Position numbers and translations under genes: made by a program
In this document: one piece after another, positions 58,972 to 64,000 of the stretch
Layout of the letters: the number at the start of each line of letters is the position of its first letter
Position numbering within the stretch: position 1 is the stretch's first letter
The notes under the pieces: generated by a model
Told to the model about the DNA's origin: nothing
The model's input: only the letters and a program-made list of their open reading frames with translations
Databases searched by the model: none
Origin: Bacilli bacterium
GTDB taxonomy: Bacteria; Bacillota_I; Bacilli_A; RFN20; CAG-826
Direction of reading: 5' to 3'
NCBI GenBank assembly: GCA_045597865.1
Contig: JAZLKX010000039.1
Coordinates: forward strand, 1-64,000
DNA: 64,000 nt

Positions 58972-59083
58972 AAATTTCTCCCTTCGCACACCTAGCTAAA
59001 ACTATAACCGTTAGATAATAGCTGATGCTTTTAGCAAAAAGTATTAACGGCGTTTATTATACCACTAGTATTGATAAAGTCAA
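58972..59083 (-). promoter_or_regulatory. promoter plus a structured ~80-nt 5' leader
   Basis: TTGACT-N16-TATAAT with TGn; the leader has nested stems and a GCCGUUA/UAACGGU pairing. Confidence 0.55.
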
Positions 59084-59093
59084 AAACTAAAGG

Positions 59094-59432
59094 TTAATTA
59101 ACCTTTTTAATTTCTATTCCCAAAACACCATACTGGTCTATTCTTTCTTGAGGATAATAGACATTCATATCGCTTGGTTTTGCTTCTTCGTTTTCAAAGT
59201 AACCAAGAGATGATTTATCGTGGTGTTTATATAATTCTTCAAAAGAAGAGTATTTATAAATATTGATAACTTCACATGTTAATTTTTCATGTGTGTCTTT
59301 ATTTTCAAATTCGATGAAATCACCAATCTTAATTAGCGATCTTTTTTCATCATTAAGCCTCATCTCAATAGTCTTAATTCCGAGCTTAATCATTTTAAAT
59401 GGATTTGGCCATAGGTTTAAATAGTGAGTCAT
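59094..59432 (-). CDS. ASCH domain protein
   Basis: FKMIKLGIKTIEMRLNDEKR...GDFIEF; GVLGIEI. Confidence 0.9.
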   Translation of the reverse strand: MTHYLNLWPNPFKMIKLGIKTIEMRLNDEKRSLIKIGDFIEFENKDTHEKLTCEVINIYKYSSFEELYKHHDKSSLGYFENEEAKPSDMNVYYPQERIDQYGVLGIEIKKVN

Positions 59433-59479
59433 ACTTAATTAAGTATACAGCATTATTAAATAAGTGCTATCATTTTAGT

Positions 59480-60205
59480 ATGGACAAGTACGAAGAACTT
59501 AAAAAAATTTTAGCAGAATCCAAGTCAATTGTTTTCTTCACTGGAGCAGGTATTTCGACACCTTCAAACATTCCAGATTTTAGAAGTGCAAATGGTTTAT
59601 ATAATGAGAAAAGTGGTCTTTATAGACCAGAGGAAATCATTTCTCATTCCTTTTTCATGGCTCATCCTGAACTATTTTATGAGTTCTATTTTTCCAAAAT
59701 GGTTTATAGAGACGCTAAACCAAATTTAGCTCATTCCTTTATTGCGGAATTAGAGAAAAAGAATCCAGGTGTATGGGTTATAACCCAAAACATAGATAAT
59801 CTCCATCAAGCTGCAGGTTCTAAACATGTTATTGAACTCCATGGTTCGGTACACCGCAACTACTGTATGAATTGCGGACAGTTCTACGATTTGGAAGGCA
59901 TTTTAAAGGTTGGAGGAGATGTTCCGCATTGCCCTCGTTGTGGCGGAATAATTAAACCTGATGTAGTTTTATATGAAGAAGAACTTAATGAAAATGATAT
60001 ACGTGGCGCTATTAATTTAATCTCACATGCCGAAACACTAGTAGTTATTGGAACTTCATTAGTTGTTTATCCAGCTGCATCATTTGTGCGTTATTTTAAC
60101 GGTAAAAACCTAATAATTATAAATAAAGAAAGAACTGATTATGATGTCTATTGTAATCTAGTGTTTAACGAAGACGTTATTTCTGTAATTAAAAAAGTGG
60201 CTTAA
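59480..60205 (+). CDS. cobB: Sir2-family NAD-dependent protein deacylase
   Basis: GAGIS...IPDFR, TQNIDNLH, HGS, two CxxC, GTSL.VYPA; start at ATG 59480. Confidence 0.93.
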   Translation: MDKYEELKKILAESKSIVFFTGAGISTPSNIPDFRSANGLYNEKSGLYRPEEIISHSFFMAHPELFYEFYFSKMVYRDAKPNLAHSFIAELEKKNPGVWVITQNIDNLHQAAGSKHVIELHGSVHRNYCMNCGQFYDLEGILKVGGDVPHCPRCGGIIKPDVVLYEEELNENDIRGAINLISHAETLVVIGTSLVVYPAASFVRYFNGKNLIIINKERTDYDVYCNLVFNEDVISVIKKVA

Positions 60206-60214
60206 GCCACCATT

Positions 60215-60685
60215 TTAATATTTGATTCGTGGAGTTATTGAAATCTTTAATTTTTTACCACAAGCGTCTGTTATACGTTTTATTGTTTTCATTGACGGAT
60301 TCATTAATCCTTTTTCAAGTTTAGAAATATCGCCTTGTTTAATTCCAGTAAGTTCAGACAATTGTTTTTGCGATAAAAATTTAGATAATCTTGCTTCTTT
60401 TAGTTCATATCCAAGCAATATTTGATATGCGTTCTCTTCGCTTTCTACAGTTATGCCATCACTGTAAATTGTGTTCGAATCAATGTCTACTTCATCCGAA
60501 AAATATACTGTACTATGAGAAAGGAGCTTTGCTTTTTTGAAAAAACTTGGATTTTCTAAATTGTTGTAACCTGGATATTTTGGTCCATATTTAGTTACAT
60601 CATATTCTTTAGTAATTCCATCAGAAAATAATGCTCTTATCAGCGGATGTTCTAAAACGTATAATTTTACAAGTTCTTTGTCCAT
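60215..60685 (-). CDS. DUF2442-like domain fused to an XRE HTH (toxin-antitoxin partner)
   Basis: FSDGITKEYDV...LENPSFFKKA...DID, followed by an XRE HTH. Confidence 0.82.
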   Translation of the reverse strand: MDKELVKLYVLEHPLIRALFSDGITKEYDVTKYGPKYPGYNNLENPSFFKKAKLLSHSTVYFSDEVDIDSNTIYSDGITVESEENAYQILLGYELKEARLSKFLSQKQLSELTGIKQGDISKLEKGLMNPSMKTIKRITDACGKKLKISITPRIKY

Positions 60686-60687
60686 AC

Positions 60688-60942
60688 TTATTCAATAGGA
60701 TCTAATTTTTTAATTACTCCTGTTTTCCACATCTCTAGCAAATCTTTTTGATATTTTTTTATAAATTCAACACTTAGACGATATGCTGTATTTTTAAGCT
60801 GCCCTTCAATAATAGTGAAATTATTAATATCAATTGATGCTCTATATCCGTCATGTATTATATGAACGTGAGGTGGATTGTGCTCCTTTTCTATTTGGTG
60901 CATCAGCACATTGATTCCGTAGAATCTTGAAATTGTTGGCAT
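60688..60942 (-). CDS. DUF4160 family protein (toxin-antitoxin module)
   Basis: MPTISRFYGI...EHNPPHVH...LLEMW; AAGGAGG RBS. Confidence 0.92.
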   Translation of the reverse strand: MPTISRFYGINVLMHQIEKEHNPPHVHIIHDGYRASIDINNFTIIEGQLKNTAYRLSVEFIKKYQKDLLEMWKTGVIKKLDPIE

Positions 60943-61007
60943 CTTATTGCCTCCTTTATTTTATAGGATATATTCTATATTTTCAAGACAAGAAAATATG
61001 TTTTTAT

Positions 61008-62381
61008 CTAATTTAGCAAGAAGACCCCCGCTTCAAGCTCGCTAAGCGGTGGGATGAATTGCTAGAAAAAAATAACACTATCATTTCTTAAGAAATGATA
61101 GTATAATATATGTATGGAAAAGAGAATAAAGAAAGCTTACAAATTTCGCATCTATCCTAATTCTTCTCAAAAACAACAAATTGAGAAAACTTTAGGTTGT
61201 GTTCGCCAAGTCTATAATGATTTTCTTGAAATGTGTGTCGAGAAATATGCAGAAGATCCATCTTTTAAATTGAGAAAATTTGATTTAATCAAAATTCTTC
61301 CTGATTATAAAGAAGGATATGAATACTTAAAAGAAGTTGATAGTGTTGCTTTGCAACAAGCAGTTACACATCTTCATTCTGCATACATTAATTTCTTTGA
61401 ACATAGAGGTTCTTTTCCAAAATTTAAATCTAAAAGAAATGATCATAGCTACACAACTATGAAAATCAACAATAACATCCGCTTTGATGGCAATGAAATC
61501 CAAATTCCTAAATTAGGCAGAGTTAGAGTTGTAGTATCTCGTTTGATGCCTGAATCATTCTCTTTTACCACAGTCACCATCTCTAGAGTTGCAAATATGT
61601 ATTTTGTAACCTTGACTGGCGAAGAAGATAATCCAAATACTGAATTATTTGATGCTTTAAGAAAACTTGATGTCAATAATTCAATCGGATTAGATTTTTC
61701 ATTGTCGCATCTTTATGTCGATAGTGATGGCAATCATGCAGATATGCCAAAGTACCTTCAGAACGATTTAGAGAAGCTTGCAAAACTAACAAGAAAAGCT
61801 TCAAAATGTCAAAAAGGTAGCAAAAACTCCATTAAATCCTGGCAAAAAGTAATGAAACTTCAACTCCATATTTCTAATTCAAGAAAAGATTTTTTGCATA
61901 AAGAATCTAGAAAAATAGCAAACAAATACGATTATGTTTTTGTAGAAAATTTAGATTTGAAATCAATGCAATCAAAAGATACAAAAATGAAGTTTGGAAG
62001 AAATGTATCTGATCGAGCGTTTGGAACTTTTGTCAATTTTCTAGATTACAAATTAAGATGGCTAGGTAAGGAATTAATAAAAGTTGATAGATATTTTCCT
62101 TCTAGTAAAACTTGTAGTGATTGTGGTTACATCAACAAAAATCTTGAATTAAGTGATAGAGATTGGATTTGTCCTATCTGTGGCAAAAAGCACGATAGAG
62201 ATATAAATGCTGCAATCAATATCAAAAAAGAAGGAATTAGATTAGTACTTCAAAAACAATAGTGGTAATCCACCAAACCGTAGGAACTACGGGGTTAGCC
62301 TATCGATACTGAATCCTTTAGGATTCTTGAGTAGGAATCCCCCATCTTCAAAGCATTAATGTTTAAGTGGGGGTAGTTCAA
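61008..62381 (+). mobile_element. IS200/IS605-family TnpB-only element (IS1341-like)
   Basis: related subterminal hairpins at both ends (61025-61053 and 62339-62373); right end GAAT-hairpin-TCAA; no tnpA; left boundary inferred. Confidence 0.85.
61114..62262 (+). CDS. tnpB: RNA-guided endonuclease TnpB
   Basis: AYKFRIYP, RuvC-I GLD, RuvC-II VENL, zinc finger CSDCG/CPICG, RuvC-III DRDINAAIN; all three catalytic residues present. Confidence 0.95.
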   Translation: MEKRIKKAYKFRIYPNSSQKQQIEKTLGCVRQVYNDFLEMCVEKYAEDPSFKLRKFDLIKILPDYKEGYEYLKEVDSVALQQAVTHLHSAYINFFEHRGSFPKFKSKRNDHSYTTMKINNNIRFDGNEIQIPKLGRVRVVVSRLMPESFSFTTVTISRVANMYFVTLTGEEDNPNTELFDALRKLDVNNSIGLDFSLSHLYVDSDGNHADMPKYLQNDLEKLAKLTRKASKCQKGSKNSIKSWQKVMKLQLHISNSRKDFLHKESRKIANKYDYVFVENLDLKSMQSKDTKMKFGRNVSDRAFGTFVNFLDYKLRWLGKELIKVDRYFPSSKTCSDCGYINKNLELSDRDWICPICGKKHDRDINAAINIKKEGIRLVLQKQ

Positions 62382-62401
62382 CCTCAATTAATATTTCTGT
62401 T
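62263..62401 (+). ncRNA. TnpB omegaRNA (scaffold to 62381 plus flank-derived guide); the 5' end may lie inside tnpB
   Basis: CCGTAG-GAA-CTACGG and GAATCCT-TT-AGGATTC hairpins, right-end hairpin, GTAGTTCAA terminus. Confidence 0.75.
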
Positions 62402-62603
62402 AAATTCGCCAAATCCGATAAAAAAGTTTTTAGACTTATAAATAAGTCTCTTTTTTATAAAAAACAGCCAAGGAAAACTCCAAGACTGTTTTTGTGATTT
62501 TAGTTTGAAACTTATTTTGATGTTTTTCCGCCATGGATTGCTTTAAAAAATAAAAAAAGTATACGGATACACGTATACTCTTTTTCAATAATATAATTAA
62601 CTA

Positions 62604-63815
62604 TTACTTAATATCACCAAAGTAGAAGATTCTATTACGTTCTTCTTTAGCTTTATATAAGGCTTCATCGGCTTGGTTAATAAGGTTGTTGTAGGAAATA
62701 CCATCTTGAGCTTTTGCAAGGCCACATGAGATGGTGTATTGAATTTGAACACCACCACTGATTGAGACTTTCATCTTTTCAATTCTACGTCTAAGTGTTT
62801 CAGCGTAGAGTTTAAGATCATCAGTTGAAATGTTTTTGAAGAAAATTAAGAACTCCTCACCACCATAACGAACACAATATGACTCTTTATCTCTAATGAG
62901 GTTATTGATAGCAATACCAAGTAATGATAAGCATTCATCACCAACTTGGTGGCCATATGTATCGTTTAAACGCTTAAAGTGGTCAATATCAAGCATAATA
63001 ACGCCTGAACCATTTTCAGTGTAATCAAGTGGCTCATCGATGTGTTCTGTTAAGTATCTACGGTTGAAAACTCTTGTTAAATCATCAAGTAATGCTTTAT
63101 CAGAAAGGATTTCATTAGCATTTGAAACCTTAAGTTCAAGTCTAATAGCGTCAATACGTCTAGCAAAGTTAAATGTACCTGAAACGAAGGCAATTCCACA
63201 TATAACAATAGTTGTTAAGAAGAATGTTGCATCCATCTTAACAATACCTCTAGTTGCTGGAAGAGTTCCTAACAAAATATCAAAAACAACAATTGTTAAT
63301 AATGATGCTGAGGTAAATACCCATGGTTCAAGCGTAATAAATGCACAAGCACCGATTAAACCAATAGCAAGATAAGTATAATCTGTGTAAGCAACAGTAG
63401 CTCCTGGAGCTATTTCAGCGATTGTATCGCACAATGTGATACCAGCGCCCCAGAACATAAGACAAATTAAGAAGAATGAAGCAACCATAAAATATGGGAA
63501 TACTTTTTTCTTCTTTTGGAAGTGCCATAGCAAGAAAATACAAGCAATACAAGCAATGATAAAAAACAAATATAAACCACGATAGACGTTCATAACGCCT
63601 AACATGCTGCGATTTTCTAATCTTTCAAAGCCAAAACCATATTGATAAATGTGAAGAAGCAAAACAATAAGTTCAAGAATAATGATGATTGGTAAAAGGA
63701 CCATATAAACCTTATGGTCATTTTTCATAACTCTACGACGAATTGCATCTCTTTCTTCTGGATCTATTTTGAAGAAGAATTTTTTAAGAAAGAATTCTTT
63801 TATAGGTGATTTCAT
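62604..63815 (-). CDS. membrane-bound diguanylate cyclase (GGEEF)
   Basis: about 6 TM helices; DDLTRVFNRR, DIDHFK.LND.YGH..GD, RYGGEEF, ADEALYKAK. Confidence 0.93.
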   Translation of the reverse strand: MKSPIKEFFLKKFFFKIDPEERDAIRRRVMKNDHKVYMVLLPIIIILELIVLLLHIYQYGFGFERLENRSMLGVMNVYRGLYLFFIIACIACIFLLWHFQKKKKVFPYFMVASFFLICLMFWGAGITLCDTIAEIAPGATVAYTDYTYLAIGLIGACAFITLEPWVFTSASLLTIVVFDILLGTLPATRGIVKMDATFFLTTIVICGIAFVSGTFNFARRIDAIRLELKVSNANEILSDKALLDDLTRVFNRRYLTEHIDEPLDYTENGSGVIMLDIDHFKRLNDTYGHQVGDECLSLLGIAINNLIRDKESYCVRYGGEEFLIFFKNISTDDLKLYAETLRRRIEKMKVSISGGVQIQYTISCGLAKAQDGISYNNLINQADEALYKAKEERNRIFYFGDIK

Positions 63816-63856
63816 AGTGCTGATATTATATATAATTTTTTGAATTTTTCAAAAAT

Positions 63857-64000
63857 TTATTTTGCTGATATAAATTTGATGCTATCTACAAGATTACTTG
63901 TAATAGATTCATTATATAGATCTGTAGACAAGTATTTTTTATCGTCATCTGGTAAAACTGTAACAATTATGTTTTCCTTAGATAAAACAGCCCCTAAAAG
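63857..64000 (-). CDS. 3' end of a PLP-dependent cysteine-synthase-family gene, cut by the window edge
   Basis: manual translation LLGAVLSKENIIVTVLPDDDKKYLSTDLY... matches the VT..PD...KYLST C-terminal motif. Confidence 0.65.
   Translation of the reverse strand, partial: LLGAVLSKENIIVTVLPDDDKKYLSTDLYNESITSNLVDSIKFISAK

Noticed and set aside
2145-63375. Many 60-110 aa ORFs antisense to or nested in long genes (for example 2694-2888, 7412-7732, 8314-8640, 30834-31157, 63040-63375)
   Set aside because: Shadow frames of well-supported genes, with no RBS or family motifs
1-64000. CRISPR array, prophage, integron, retron/DGR or dif site
   Set aside because: No regularly spaced repeat-spacer pattern, and no cas, integrase, reverse transcriptase or phage structural genes seen; the tandem repeats are intragenic

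Overview
Low-GC bacterial chromosome segment using genetic code 11 (TGA acts as a stop), strongly biased to the minus strand. It is rich in lipoproteins and repeat-containing surface proteins, which fits a host-associated, reduced-genome Bacilli lineage (inference, not verified). It holds about 50 CDSs: ABC exporters, a GT8-ABC ATPase fusion, lipoprotein amide hydrolases, a PLP decarboxylase, two AAA+/PD-(D/E)XK ATPases, a DUF2075 helicase, AsnA, tandem YghO/bCerS-like acyltransferases, Sir2, a DUF4160-DUF2442 pair, and HD-GYP and GGDEF proteins. It also holds an atypical initiator tRNA-Met, a fluoride riboswitch ahead of a cation:proton antiporter, and a TnpB-only IS200/IS605-family element with both ends and its omegaRNA. 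The standout is a ~600-nt minus-strand unit at ~39411-40010 with no minus-strand ORF in the track, its own sigma70-type promoter and its own intrinsic terminator. By eye it folds into many helices with at least two pseudoknots and matches no housekeeping RNA I can recognise, so it is a candidate large ornate ncRNA. All family assignments and RNA structures come from motif recognition by eye; no searches or folding programs were run.
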